Assembly (NCBI RefSeq): GCF_024521635.1
Contig: NW_026250430.1
Coordinates: 186,001-250,000, forward strand
DNA: 64,000 nt
Direction of reading: 5' to 3'
Origin: Tricharina praecox
Lineage: Eukaryota
Part shown: positions 24,793 to 37,842 of the stretch, one piece after another
Layout of the letters: each line of letters opens with the position of its first letter
How positions within the stretch are numbered: the first letter of the stretch is position 1
The notes under the pieces: generated by a model
What the model was told of the DNA's origin: nothing
What the model saw: the letters and a program-made list of their open reading frames with translations, nothing else
The model's database searches: none
Made by a program: the position numbers and the translations under genes

Positions 24793-27700
24793 ATGGCGAA
24801 CACGTCGACCAGCATACCATCGACTCCGACAACAACCGCCGCTTCTACCGCCGCCGCCGCTTCTTCTTCCTCCTCTTCTTCTTCTCGCTCACTGAACACT
24901 CCTCCGCCCCCATCCGACGACGACGAGGAAGTAACACAACTACTTTTCTCCAGCAACAACAGTAACACCGGCGAAGATCACGATCATATCGATCCACGCT
25001 CAAACACCCCCATCCCCGCCGCCGCCGCCATGGGGAGCACAGATGGAAACGGTTGTGCGAAAGAAGTCGCGAACAACAATACTCCCGATCACAACACCAA
25101 CAGCAACGGAAACGTCATCTACACACCCGCCTCGACAGTCTCTTCTTCGAAAGCGGATTCGACCTACGGCGGAGAAGAGAATGCGTCCGAGTCGGCGGGA
25201 GGAAATAGTTCGTGGGGCGAGTGGTGGAAAGCTGAGGGCATCGCGGCACAGGTGGGCAGCTTGAGCAAAGAGCTCACCGAGCTAAAGGATGCCATCGCAA
25301 ATAAGAATCTGGATGGCGAAACAAACGTGAGTTTTTTTTTCTTCCTCCATTCGGATCGGTTCCGGTCCTCCGATCGTGCTGTGACGCAAGAGGGCTGACT
25401 CGATTTCTCTTTTTGTTCGCGCTCAATAGGACATGTCTCGTCTCAAAGCGAATCATCGTTCGTCGCTAGCATCGCTTGCCGAATTCCATCGATCGGAAAT
25501 GGCTGGGCTCAACGCCTCCCACATCGAAGCGATGAAGAAGATGGAGTTGCAACACATGGAAGAACTGCGGAGTGCTAGAAGGGTCAACGGTCACGATCGC
25601 GAGCTGGTCCAGGGCTTACATCATAGCTACAGCAAACAGATAGAGAGCCTCGTGTTGGATCTCAGCGAAGCAAGACGGGAAGTGAAGGAGTTGAAGTTGA
25701 AGCAGCCATCATCGGCCTCGAGCGCATCAACTTCCGTAGCGACAGATCCGGCGCTAGATAAGGTCTCGGGCCGGACATTGGTGATGAACCTCACTTTCGA
25801 GAACTTGGACGCCCCTCTAGACACTGCCTCGCTCCCGATACCTCATCCAGGTCGCTCTTTCGATTCTCTGCTGAGGATCCTCTCCTTCAGTGTCAAGAAC
25901 CATCTACAGACTCTCAATAACACTGCGAGTTTCTTTATGCGTCGACCTAGTGAGGAACATGCCGAGGCAGCCTTGAAGATCAAACATTGGTACGAAGCTG
26001 CTCTCCAAGAGAGAGTACATTTCTCCTTCACATCGAGTGCCGATGCAGAGGGTAGAACTATGCACGAGCGGTGGGAGAATGGATACTGGAAGAATGACGA
26101 ATTCGTCCTGGGGGTGTTGTGCACCGCTGAAGGATGGGAGAGCAATGCCAGCACTCCGTATCCACCGGAAACAGTGGATGAGGAGGACGACATTGAAGAC
26201 TACATTCATGACTCGGTGCTCTCGCCTCTTGGTCGCAGATCGCCGGTCGAACGATTGGTCTCGATTGAGAGTTCGATAAGCGAACGGTTTGATCCCGCTG
26301 CTGAACTGGAGCGGATAAACCGCGAGATTGGTAATTTACAGCTTCACCAGCATCTTCAGGAGCAGGTAGACCGCGAGTTGCGGAAGCGGGGATCTAAGGA
26401 GAATTGCGAACCAGCGCTGCCATTGAGGATGAAGGCTCGCAAGGCTACGGTCGAGTCCGTTAAGGACGAGGATGATGTGCCATTGCCATCCAAGCCAACT
26501 CCTCCGACGAAGAATGTCCCTATCGTGAATCCTCCCAAACCTCACCAGCAGCCAGTGGAGACTTCAGCTTCGTCTACTGCTCCTTTCGTCTTGGAAGACA
26601 GCCAGACTGAACCGACGAACCGTACTCTGAACGCTTCGCTGGAGGAGGGCCTGAAGGAATACCTGGAGAAGGACATCGAGAGAGCTCAGCTCAAGGGCAA
26701 GACGGCTGGATCGGGAGAGTCCTGGTTGTTCGACGACCTGTTTTCGACTCCCACCGATCAGGGCAAGGATAAGGATGATGGGTCGGATGACGGTCGGTTC
26801 TTCTCGGTAATTGATATGCGACCGGAAGCTCACTGCCGCTTAGATTCTACTCACTCTACAGACGCTGCCGGAGGCACAGCCAACAGGGGAGTACCGCTGC
26901 GTTCTGGTCCCTCGAATAGCAAGATTGGAGAGGCCGCCCGTCGGGGCAGTGGCACTGGTGTACGTTCCGGGTTCGGATGGAGATGGCTGTCGGAAGGTGG
27001 AACCAAGTCTCCTCCGCTGTTTTCAGTAAAGGACCGCCATCCTACTCCCAAGCCGACGAAGCAGGGCTTCACGCCACCTGCGAGGGAGACTTATATGGGG
27101 AACGTAACCAGCGACAGCGATGGTAACGATCAGGATGACTCGGACTACTATCACGATCAGGGTGGGGATTCGCGAGCATACTTTTCGGGCCGTCCATTGT
27201 TTGGTTTCGCAGACGCACGATTGTCCCCAGCTCCTCCTCCGGCTCCACCCGCGCCTGAAGGAACTACCCGTGACTCCCCTACGGTGCCAGACTACGCACA
27301 GACCGATATTGGAACGTCTCACGACCAGGGAGGGTCTGCGCATGGAAACGATGATCAGGCGGAGGCAACTGATGCTACTCCAGGGATGGGCAAGGCCCAG
27401 AGTGTTGTCTCTTCGACACCTCTTCTCGGTAGCGATGCGACTGGCCACAGGTCTGTTCGCTTTGGAGGCAAGAAGCGGCCTTACCCGAATGACGAGGCAG
27501 GGCTGCGCATGCCAGCACCGCCGTTTCCTCCTTCGAGTGGCGGCGGCCCTAGGGGTGGAGACTCCCCACGATCCTCCAAATACTCGGAATCACAATACCT
27601 CAAGAGTCAGGGATATTTCCGCAGCGGAAGCAATAACGAGACTTCGCAGGCTCCCGGTGGATGGGGTGGCTCTCAATACACTACGAATAGCGATTATGAG

Positions 27701-28717
27701 CATGAGTCTTTGCAGGGAGAGAAGGGGTATGGATACGGGCAAGGTCACGAGGCGTACACCTGGAGACATCACCAAGAGCAGCAGGCAGAGGAGGCGGAAG
27801 ACGAGGATGAGGATGATGAGGACGACGAGGAGGGTGGATATCGACCAGGTTCGGTGTCACCGCCGCTTTCGAGGTCGTCCATGACTACAACCGACAGGCG
27901 AACCGAATACGTCCCCAACCCGTACAACCAGCCGCCTCCTGGTGGCAACCTCGCGCCGCCTTTCAGGTACGGCTTTGGTGGAATGCGTCCGATGGCGATG
28001 GGTCCGTTGGGGCCTCGAAATGGAATGCCCGCTTTCTCGAACCCGCAGCATTTGGACATGATCTTCCAGCAGCAGATGCGCAGCCAGATGGAGGAGCTCT
28101 TGGCCGGTAACTTTGGCCCACCACCTCGGTCTAGCACTGCACCGGCGTTCTCTAGTGGCCCCGTATTCGCCCCCAACCCGCCTCACTCGGTAGCAGCTAG
28201 AAGCGGTGGCGGAGGCGTCCCGGTCAACACCTCGCAGTACGCCTCTAACCAGGGCAACAACGGTTCTGCCGTTTCGGGCTCTGCCGTCAACGTCAACGGC
28301 ATCACGCGCTACCCGTTCGACACCTGGCCCATCAGCCCGCCGAACATGTCCCTGCACATGCCGCACCTACACCACCATCACCACCTCTTCAACAGCAATG
28401 GAGAGCCACGCCGCAGCTTCTCAACCGACTCCATCAGCCCCCTCCTCTGTCAACAGGGCCAGGGCCACTCTCCGTCCAACTCGAATAATCCGGGGATCTG
28501 GCAGCAGCACCAGCAGCAGCACCAACATCAGCAGCAGCAGCAAGCCGGAACCCCAGTTTCGATGTCGCAGCAGCAGCAACAGCAGTGGTTCCAGCAACAG
28601 CAGCAACAGCAGCAGCAGCAACAGGGGATCCCGCCGCCGTTCGAGGTCAACTGGGATGGGAGCCCGGTGAATGTTTCCATGCGCATGCCGGGACCGTGGG
28701 CGGGTTATGCAGCTTAA
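24793..28717 (+). CDS. Large low-complexity hypothetical protein with N-terminal coiled coil and Q-rich C-terminus (1273 aa)
   Basis: Exons 24793-25326 and 25430-28717 joined in frame by gtgagt...gctgac...aatag. Exon 2 is an uninterrupted frame of about 1095 codons. No family recognised. Confidence 0.8.
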
Positions 28718-31012
28718 CTAGGGGGTGAAGAAGGGGGTGCCACGATTACAGTTCAGTTACGAGTGTGCGTTTAGTTGCTTGTGATTCTTGTTTCTTGTTG
28801 CTTCTAAAGCGTGTTTAACTACTAGGTGTTTCGGGCTTGCTTTATGTCTTTCTGTTTGTGCTTTGCTTTACTTTTTGCGTTTGCATGGGGACGACGATGA
28901 TGATGATTGCGATGCGATGACACGATTGTCGGATGGGATGGGATGGGAAAAGGAGCTTGGTTTGATTGGCTTTTGCTTTTTCTTTGGTTTTTTCTGTAGG
29001 CTGGGGTGGGGGAGGGGAAATGCGTGGTGTTGCGTGGTGTTTGTACCTAGGTTGGGCGGGCGTGGTTGCGCGGGCGGGCGTGGAAATGCGGTGATTTCTA
29101 CTAAAAACTGGTTCGTTTTGATTTTTTTTTGTGCTTGTGTTTGGCGGATTGGCGGATTGGCTGATTGACTTGACTATCGATGATATCCTTATGCTTATGC
29201 GTTTTTTTGAATTTCTGTTTCTGTTGCTGTTCTGTTTCTGTTCTGTTTTGCTTCTTCGATGATGTTGCTCTTGATGGGTTCTTTTTACGACGGCGGGATT
29301 GATGGCACTTTTATGACTGACTGACCGGCTACGTAGGTAAATGGCTGGTTGAATGCCCCTGGTTGAAGGTTCGGGAATCGGGGTGGGTGGATGGAAGGAT
29401 GGATGGAATGTGTTCTTTTACGGCTGCTGGACGAATAGCTGCTGGATGGGCATGGGCATGGAGTTAGGAAGTTCAAAAGCTCGGAAACTTGCTACTTGCT
29501 ACTTATGGAGGAGAAGGTTGTGGATCGGTAGGAAGGGGGGGCTACTTACCTTTCTGTAGGTACTCGGATGGAGTAAGATGGAATGAAACATTATAAGTGA
29601 TGTATGTGGTCACAATTGTTCTCTTGCTCGAGATAGAGAGTGGTGTACCTACATATTGCTGTTCATATCCACACAACGAGGAATTTGTGGGTCCAGCTGG
29701 CTGCGTGTAAAGTTGATGCAGCACACGAAGTCCTCGAATCTGGGACCGAGTAGAGCACGGTATCTAGGGGCAACGAGTGATACCAAGGGCATTCCAAGCA
29801 AACCCAACGATAATGACAGCGACAACGACAACGATAATCGCAAGTACCAAGGGCAAGCACCAAGCACCAACCGCGCCCACCAAGCGCGCGCACAGCGAGC
29901 GAGAGGAGGCAGTCGTTATCACCGATTGGACGTCGCGTTACTAGTATCTAGGTGGATACACCGAACATCCGAGCCGGGCAATCCGGGGTAGTTACCTTGA
30001 TACGATCTCCGGCTTCGGCTTCGGCTTTGGCCGGATGATCGTGATCTGATCGTGATCGTGATCGTAGTCGTGATGGGGTCTGGTGACATGGGGTGGATGA
30101 GTGGATACCGCTGTAACTTGTCGTCGTGGGGATGGAGGTCGAAAAGAGACTGGAAACAGGAGACAGGAGACAGGAATGTCGCAAAGTCAAATATGTACTC
30201 ATCATATGTTCTTAGTCCGGAGGCGCGCCTCTGGTATGTATGTATGTAATCTAGGCTCAAGTTCCAGAATATGTATCTAGAGTAGGCATGCTCGGAGATT
30301 TACCCCCTCTCCATACCACTACCACTACCATACCTAGTAAATCACGTGCGTAGCCGTCTGTCGTTCACCTGCCTCTCCCGCCCGACGCCCGACGCCCGTC
30401 CGCCGTCCACCGCCAGCCAGCTCGCGTTCGCTTGCCCAATTTCCCAATTCCACGCCCTGCAAGTCGCACTGGATACATATTTCCGCATATCTTCCCCCAA
30501 CAACAAAGTTTGGTTGGGGTGGGCGCACTGCACTGCACCGCACTCAATCCGTGCAATCCGTGCCTTAACTTACCAACTACTCTAACTACTCCTTTACTCT
30601 AACTCCATACTCTAACTAACTCGGCACACTGTGGGCGAGCGAGCGATTGGACTGTATCTACTGCAACTACTGGACTGCACTGCATTCACGTGTCAACAAC
30701 AACGCATCAACACCGACAGCGACAGCGACGACAGCGACAGATAGCGACTTCGACATCGGCCGGTCAACGGAAATGCCGAGTGTCTTCTTGGGGCACTGAG
30801 TCTTTGCCTGCTCGACTGACTGACTGACTGACTGACCGTCGACCGACAAACCCACCGACGACCGACCGACAAACCATCGCCACGATACGATACCGGTAGA
30901 TACATAGCCGATCTCTTGCCCCCTACATACCACATCACCATCACCATCACCATCACCATCACCACCACTACTACACAGACACACACACACACGCACACGG
31001 AAAGAGCACTCA

Positions 31013-32941
31013 ATGACCATGGACGACGAACCCCCCACCGCCATGTCCCTCCAAGCGCGGCGCCTCAGCCTGCGGAACTCCCGAATCTCTCCTCTCGCCT
31101 TCACGACCACGACCTCCGCCACGTCTGCCCCTCCCCCTGCCGACGAAACCGAATGGGAGTCAGAAGCGGAGTCTTTATACCGGCCCTCGCCGCGTCGGGC
31201 ACGCACGCTCGAGCCCTCGTACCTATGCGCGCCCGTGTCGCAGCACCATCACAAGCGGGGGCGGTCCAGCGACGGGTCTGCGAAGTACATCGAGTATCTT
31301 GAGCGGCAGACAGCGGAGCTAACTGCGCAAGTAGCTGGCGCGGGGGTAGCCGCGAAGGGGCGCAAAGCTGTTGTTTCCGAGAACCGGAATCTGCGGCTTG
31401 AGCTGGCGGAGTGGGAAGAAAGGTTTGAGGTCCGGGTGAAGGATGAGACGGACAGGAGGAGGAAGATCGATGAGGCGCTTAGAGGCGCCGTCGAGGAGCT
31501 GCTGGGAAAGCTCGAGGAGTGCGAGGCGCAGCTGAGAGCGGCCCAGGCGGAGGTACTCAGAGCGAGGAATAGGGAGAAGGAGTTGAATGGTGTTGAGGAG
31601 GAGAATAGGAGGCTTTGTGGGAGGATCGAGACACTCACGGAGTTGTTGGCTGATTCGACTGGGAGTCAGGGCAGGAGGAGTACGGTCGGCTCGCCGATGG
31701 CGAGGAGGGCTAGGAGGGTTAGTAGTCTTTCGGGCTTGAAGGATATGGCAGCGCAGGAGGTGGCGATGGATTCGGAGAGCAGGAGGGTCAGCAAAGAGAG
31801 CGGGTCGTTTCAGGGCGCTGAGGACTATGGTATTACGGACATGGACGCGCCAATGTCCCCAGAAGGCTCCACAACCTCATCTGTGGGCTACCGACGCCTC
31901 TCCTTCGGGGGATCGCCGCCCACCTCTCCCAGCCCGCGAACACGCCGAATGCGTCGCTTCCCCTCGGGCTCGATAGCGCCGAAGACTCTAATCCTGCCGT
32001 CGGCAGTGGTTGTGGACTCGCCCACCTTCTCCCCCTCCCGCGAGCTCTTCCGCCCCTCGTCCGCACACTCCAGAAACCGTCCCAGTGTCGATCTGTCCGG
32101 CCGCAGCTTCTCTCACCCGAATCCCCACCGTAACAGTCTTTTCGCCGAGCTCGCTGCCGCAGACACTGACTCTGAGGAAGAAGAGTCAGAGGCGGAGAAC
32201 GAATCGGAATCCGGGGCGCCACCGACCACCACAGCAACAGCACCCAGCAGCACCACCGAAGTGTCTCTGTCCGTGCCAGACCCCTCCCCAGATCCCGAGC
32301 CAGCGGTATACTTCGAAACGCCCACTGCCCCCAGCTCCCCCGTCCTCTCGCCAGAAGACTACGCCTTCTCCCTCGTCGCCGACGAAATCCGGTACCCCAC
32401 CCCACTATTCGCCAAGGTGCTAAACCACGTCCCATCGCCAACCTCCACCTTCGTCTCCGCAAAGCGAAAAGCGATCGACATGATGCTCGGCAACTCCGCG
32501 CGGGCGATCACACCCGCGCCGATCACGCGGCGGTCGGCGCAGCTGCTCCCGCCACTCTCCCTCCAGCGCACGCGGCGCACGCCCTCGACCTCTCGCAAAA
32601 TCCCATTCATACCTGCGCCCTCCTGCTGCCACGAATGCGGCGCTCCGCGCGGCGGCGGCGCCGGCCGCCGCAAGGGCGCCGTCGGCGGAATGCGGAAGCG
32701 CTCTGGCTCTGTCGTCCAGCCCACTGGCGAGGACGGCATGGACGTCGTCTGGCTCTGGGTCAGGTTCATCATTGCTGTCGTTGTGGCGCTGGGCGTCGCC
32801 GTGAAGGATGGGAGCTCACACCCGCTGCCGCCACCGAGGAAGGGGGGGCTGGTGGGCGTGGGCGACGACGAGGAGGGGATCGATCATGTCCGTGAGGAGG
32901 AGAGGAGTAGAGCGCTGAAGAGGTTGGAGGGGAAACGGTGA
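31013..32941 (+). CDS. Coiled-coil protein with C-terminal transmembrane helix (642 aa), function unknown
   Basis: Intronless ORF. Heptad-rich region KYIEYLERQ...RIETLTELL, Ser/Pro/Arg-rich middle, CCHECG, hydrophobic VVWLWVRFIIAVVVALGVAV near the C-terminus. Confidence 0.85.
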   Translation: MTMDDEPPTAMSLQARRLSLRNSRISPLAFTTTTSATSAPPPADETEWESEAESLYRPSPRRARTLEPSYLCAPVSQHHHKRGRSSDGSAKYIEYLERQTAELTAQVAGAGVAAKGRKAVVSENRNLRLELAEWEERFEVRVKDETDRRRKIDEALRGAVEELLGKLEECEAQLRAAQAEVLRARNREKELNGVEEENRRLCGRIETLTELLADSTGSQGRRSTVGSPMARRARRVSSLSGLKDMAAQEVAMDSESRRVSKESGSFQGAEDYGITDMDAPMSPEGSTTSSVGYRRLSFGGSPPTSPSPRTRRMRRFPSGSIAPKTLILPSAVVVDSPTFSPSRELFRPSSAHSRNRPSVDLSGRSFSHPNPHRNSLFAELAAADTDSEEEESEAENESESGAPPTTTATAPSSTTEVSLSVPDPSPDPEPAVYFETPTAPSSPVLSPEDYAFSLVADEIRYPTPLFAKVLNHVPSPTSTFVSAKRKAIDMMLGNSARAITPAPITRRSAQLLPPLSLQRTRRTPSTSRKIPFIPAPSCCHECGAPRGGGAGRRKGAVGGMRKRSGSVVQPTGEDGMDVVWLWVRFIIAVVVALGVAVKDGSSHPLPPPRKGGLVGVGDDEEGIDHVREEERSRALKRLEGKR

Positions 32942-34149
32942 CGGTGACGGCGAAGGGGTAATATTGGGGTTGTGGATGTGGATGTGGTTGTGGATGTAAT
33001 CGCGGGGATGGGGAGGGGGGAGGCGGACGCTCTTTAAAGTTTCATTTGTTCCGCATTTGTGTTTGTTTTGGTCTTCCTTCTCGCACATCCCGCACCCCGC
33101 ATCAAGTATCCTGCAAGCAATATCGGCACTCACTTCTCACTTCTTCTCACTTCACTTCTTCTACCTACACTCTACACTCTACACTACACTCTACACTACA
33201 CTCTACACATCACATCAGCGGGACTTCCGTCTTTTCCTTCCTTTTCATTTCCTCTCTTTCTATTTCCTGGCCTTCTAACTCGCGTTTTACTGCCTGCGTT
33301 TTACTGCTTGCGTCTACTTGCGTGTGTCTGTCCGTCTGCTTTACTGGAGTTCTCCGTTTGTTCATTTTCCCACTTTTTCACTTAGGTATGTGTCTGATTT
33401 CGAGGGAGGGGGGATTGCGAGGGATTGCGAGGGAGTGAGGGATTGCGAGGGAGGGATTGCGCGGGATTGCGAGGGATTGGGAGCGGAGGGAAGGGAGGGA
33501 GGGGCATTTCGAGATCTTAATACTCTATCTACATATACAAGACAAGACAAGAAAACGAAACTGGATTGTACAGGACTGGTATGGACAGACTGGTATCTGG
33601 TATCTAAAAATCGAGCTGTAGAAACACCATGTTTAGTTCAGTGTTTTATTCGGGGTATTCCACCGTATCCAAGTTCCAACCGTGTCCATCCGGTCATGAC
33701 AGTCTTGATTAGAGTACACAAAGTCCGTCTCCCATTTCCCTCCCATCGATCTGGTTCAAACTTCAGGGCATTAATCTAGGTACATAGCCTACGTAAGGAA
33801 CTGTTCTCGCGAAGAAATGTGTGATGTGTGATGATTCCCGCCCCCGACACCTCAACACCCTCCCTCAACTACACAATCATCCGTCCATCCATCGATCCAT
33901 TGGTCCGATCCAGCTCTTCCTCATCTATCTACTTACAGCCAAACCTCAGAACACCACAATACAAGGCAACGAAAAAATACGAAAAACGAACACGAAAAAT
34001 AAGACACAAACTCCACATCGTAGATGCAAATGCTCCCCCGCGTCCCCTCCCCTCCCCCTCTTTCCTCCTCCGCCCCTTCCCCCCTTCCCCCCTTCCCCCC
34101 TTCCCCCCTTCCCCCCTTCCCCATCTCTCTCTCATCTCGTCATTACGAA

Positions 34150-37100
34150 CTACACCAACCCCAGCTTCGCAAACTCGCTGAGCACGTCACGGTCGACATT
34201 GACGACCCAGGTATCGCTGAACGCCTGGGGGCCTCCGTTCTCGTTCTGCACTTTTTCTAGGTGGTGTTTGATGAGTTCCGAGGCGTCGACCGAGTGCACG
34301 GGGTCGGATTCTGTTAGCTGGTCCGGGTTAGCATGGGCATATCAACAGACAGACAGAAGGATGTGGGATGTGGGTATGTAGGTACCTGATTCCGTCTCGT
34401 CCGCTCAGGAGTCTCCGGGTCCGCGCTGACGTCTTCGGCTGATTTCCAGACGAGGGTGCTGTACGCCACGTCGGTCAGTCGACATCGTTCCCGTACACAA
34501 GCTGGGTGGTGAAACTCACTCATTGGTACCATGCTCGTCCCTCAGCTCCACGACGACATCGGTCCATACAATCATCAGATCCTGCAATCTCTCCAATATC
34601 CACGGCTGATTCGTTTCGAGTAGCATAGTGAGGCCGAAGCAATTGAGCTTCCGCTGGCTAGGATGTCCCATATTCGCAAACTGCCCGTAACGCGCATTAG
34701 TATTCACACAACCCTCGCCATACCTTGAGAGTGCACGTACATGACCGAACCACTCGGCGAGCAGCCACTTCATGAAGTCTGGTACGCTCTGCTGCGTGGT
34801 CCTCTCGGCGACCATGCGGACGACCTCTAGGAAGCAGCCGGCGTTCGCGATCACGATGCGCGCCAGCAGCGAGAGGTAGTCCGAGATCTGCATTGCGGTC
34901 GGGGGGTGCCGCTTGTTGGGGCCGGTGGTCTGGTTGGCCTCGTAGCTCTCCCTGAGGCCCTCAAAGATGTTGACGAGGAAGCGGCTCTCGACCAGCTCGA
35001 CGCACACCGTGCCCAGCGCCGCGTCCCCGCCAATCTGCTTCGCCACGCGGATCAGAACTTCGACAATCCTAGTGACGGTTCCTTGCCCCTCCGGCTTCAG
35101 CTGCCCGAGGAGGTTCGCGAACGACACGAACAGCTGCCCCCGGTACGTCTCGATGATCTCGCGCGGCGCGAGGAGGACGTAGCTGTCGACGATGTCGAGG
35201 ACCTTGCGCAGGGCGATCGACGCGAGCTCCATGCACGCGATTAGGTACGAGAACAGGTCGAGCAGTTCTTGCGATGCCGGCGCTGGCGTGGCCCGGACGG
35301 TTGCTTCCCACAGGTCCAGCGCATCTTCAAGGAGATATACTTGCATACCCTACGCATGTTAGCAGAGCAACCGAGCGGTGGAGGGGGGGGCGCAGTAGAT
35401 TCACCGATCCTGGTTCCACCGAGTACCTAATCAACGGGATGACCATGTGGTGGTATTGCACGCTCTTATCCTTCATGGCGCCGATGAGTTTAGTCAGAAT
35501 CGCCAGAATCGCCTGCTTGAACAAATGCTCGTCGCCAGTCTGCTCCCACAGCGGCGGCAATATCTGCACGATCTGCTCGGCATACGGCGCAACCCTGTGC
35601 TCGAGCCTGTCGACGATCATGCCTATCACATCGAGCAGTCCCATTCTCGTCTCCGTCTGTTCGGACTCGCTGATCAGTCCCATTAGCTTGTGGAAGATGT
35701 CGTCCACAAAAGGCAGGAAAGCTTCCAGTCTGAAGTCCCATTCATCAACGCAACGCTTCAGGTTGTGCGCCGCCGTCAGGCGGACCACGAGATCATTGAG
35801 AGGATCCTCACGGTTCAATAGATGTTGCATGATTTTATACAATGTCGGCCGCGTCTCTACTGATATCTTAACGGAAACCCACTGCCCAATCAAGATTGCC
35901 ACCCTTCTCCGGATGATATTGTAACCCGGTTGCGCTATCTGGACCTCGTTCGCTAGAGTCTTGTTGATGAACTGATCAAAGTTGAGGTTCTGGTGCAGCA
36001 CACTCGCCGCGAGACCGACGGCCGTGTAGATAGCGTCCCGCATCAGGATGTCGTCTTTCGCGATCGACTCTATCGATCCAAAGACGGTCATCAACGGCTG
36101 CGCCAAAACATCCTTATAGTTGACCACCAGATCGTTAAAGAGCTTCTCAGCGCAGGGCCGGATCAGAAACTCGTAACTCTCCACTGCATTCTCCCACTGC
36201 TCGTTCCAGCCCTCGGGATCATCCGCCCATCCTTCCAGATCCGACGGCCTCAGGATGAAGTATTTAGTAACCAGCACTTCCATGCAATGCGTGACGGTCT
36301 GGGGCGAAAAGAGCTGTTCCTTGAACAGGACGGTTGCCGACTTGATCTCGTCTTTCTCGACTTTATGACGGTCTTTCCCGCCACCACGGGAGTTAGTTTT
36401 GTGCCCAGTGGCTCCGGAGGCTTTGGACCTACACTTAAAAGTAGCCGTCGGACTGTGGATCATCTTGACGGCCCCGCGGAACAAGAGCATGCCCTGCAGC
36501 GCCACCTTCTCGCTGAACTTCCGTTGCACGCGCTCGGCCTCGTCCTCGGCCGCGCCGTTGTTGCTGCCGATCGACGCGCCATTGATGCTGTGGACGGTGG
36601 TCTTACTCTGCGCCGCCAGAGTCTCGCCGTGCGCGACGACCACCTCCCAGTATCGTCCCAGCAACTCCAGTGTTCCAGGAAGCAGTGCGAATGCCGCCGG
36701 GTGATGCGCGATCACATCCAAAAACACCTTGCCGATGTTGACAACGTGCTTCCGCAGCAAGCCATTGATCTCGACGCTGGCAGCGGCCACCTCGCTGTCG
36801 GCGTTGAAGAAGACCCACACATGGTCCCGCAGAAGGCTCCACGCCTGGTTGACCTCCGGTGCTCTATTCGGGAACTCGTAGCCGGCCACGATCAGACGCC
36901 GCATGATCTTGAGGGCGGACAGAGAAATGGTCATCATCTGCTGGGTCCTCTCTGCGGGCGCGGCGGGCTGACCCAGGAGATTCTGCCAGACCTGCACATG
37001 CCTTATGTACACGTCTCCCAGTACCTTGAGGATCTCGGGGGTGACGGACTGCAAGCTGGACTTGGTTCTGCTGAGGCGGCCAGTAGCGAGCTCCTTCACC

Positions 37101-37842
37101 ACGTGCAGCAGGATCGATAGGGATCTCGTCAGCCGCAGCGACGCCTGCTCGTCCGTCCGGCCGTTGCTGGTGGCGTCCGAAGCTTGCCGGATGATCGCCG
37201 TGATGTCGGTAAACACCTTTGGCCACTCAAGCGGATACTCGAGGCGGACGACTTTCCCGACGATGACGGCATTCTGGACAGCTAGCTGCGACTGCGTCTC
37301 GTCGATCGAACTAGACAGTAAGCGAGCACGGATGCTGCGTTTCTCCTCTTTCGAGATAGCACTGTTTTTTTTTCGCGCGGTTTTATGTCAGCACCTCCGG
37401 TCAGGTCAGGATGATGAATGGGATTGCGGCTCTGCGGCGGCGGGGGACGGGTTCGGGGCTTTTTTACTTTTGAGATGTCTTCCGCCAGTATTTGTCGACG
37501 CCTTGCTTCAACGTGATGATGGCGATCCAACGTAGCTCGACGGGTAGCGATCGATCGAGAAAGGCGTCCTATGAAATCATTGCCAAAGATGCGTGAGCCA
37601 AGAACCGGTCTTCATTCAGAATTTGTCTGCGGGGGAGGGATGGGATGGGGACAAGCAAGATGCTCAACTCAAAGAGTAGTAGAACCGACCTGTAGCAACG
37701 TCCAATAGCCCGCCTGCTTCTCCCATTCCTTCAGCTGGGCCGAAGCTTGCTGCACGAGTTCCTGGGACTGGGAGCTGGCTGCATGCAGGGCCTCGAGTAG
37801 GTACTGGTGGTTGAGAGGGATTCGCTGGTGGGGCGTAGTCAT
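34150..37842 (-). CDS. KAP120: Importin-11 / karyopherin Kap120 (1053 aa)
   Basis: Exons 37842-37690, 37568-37468, 37361-36433, 36372-35405, 35349-34741, 34680-34520, 34458-34386, 34317-34150 join in frame. IBN_N motif (LKEWEKQAGYW...RWIAIITLKQGVDKYWRK), RLEYPLEWP, W.DDPEGW...RPCAEKL, IIRRRVAILIGQWV, DLVVRLTAA. Confidence 0.92.

Noticed and set aside
35993..37120. 375-aa plus-strand ORF, and similar long antisense ORFs over the F-box, TED1, RPL23 and GH76 genes
   Set aside because: Antisense shadows of GC3-rich real genes; no motifs of their own.
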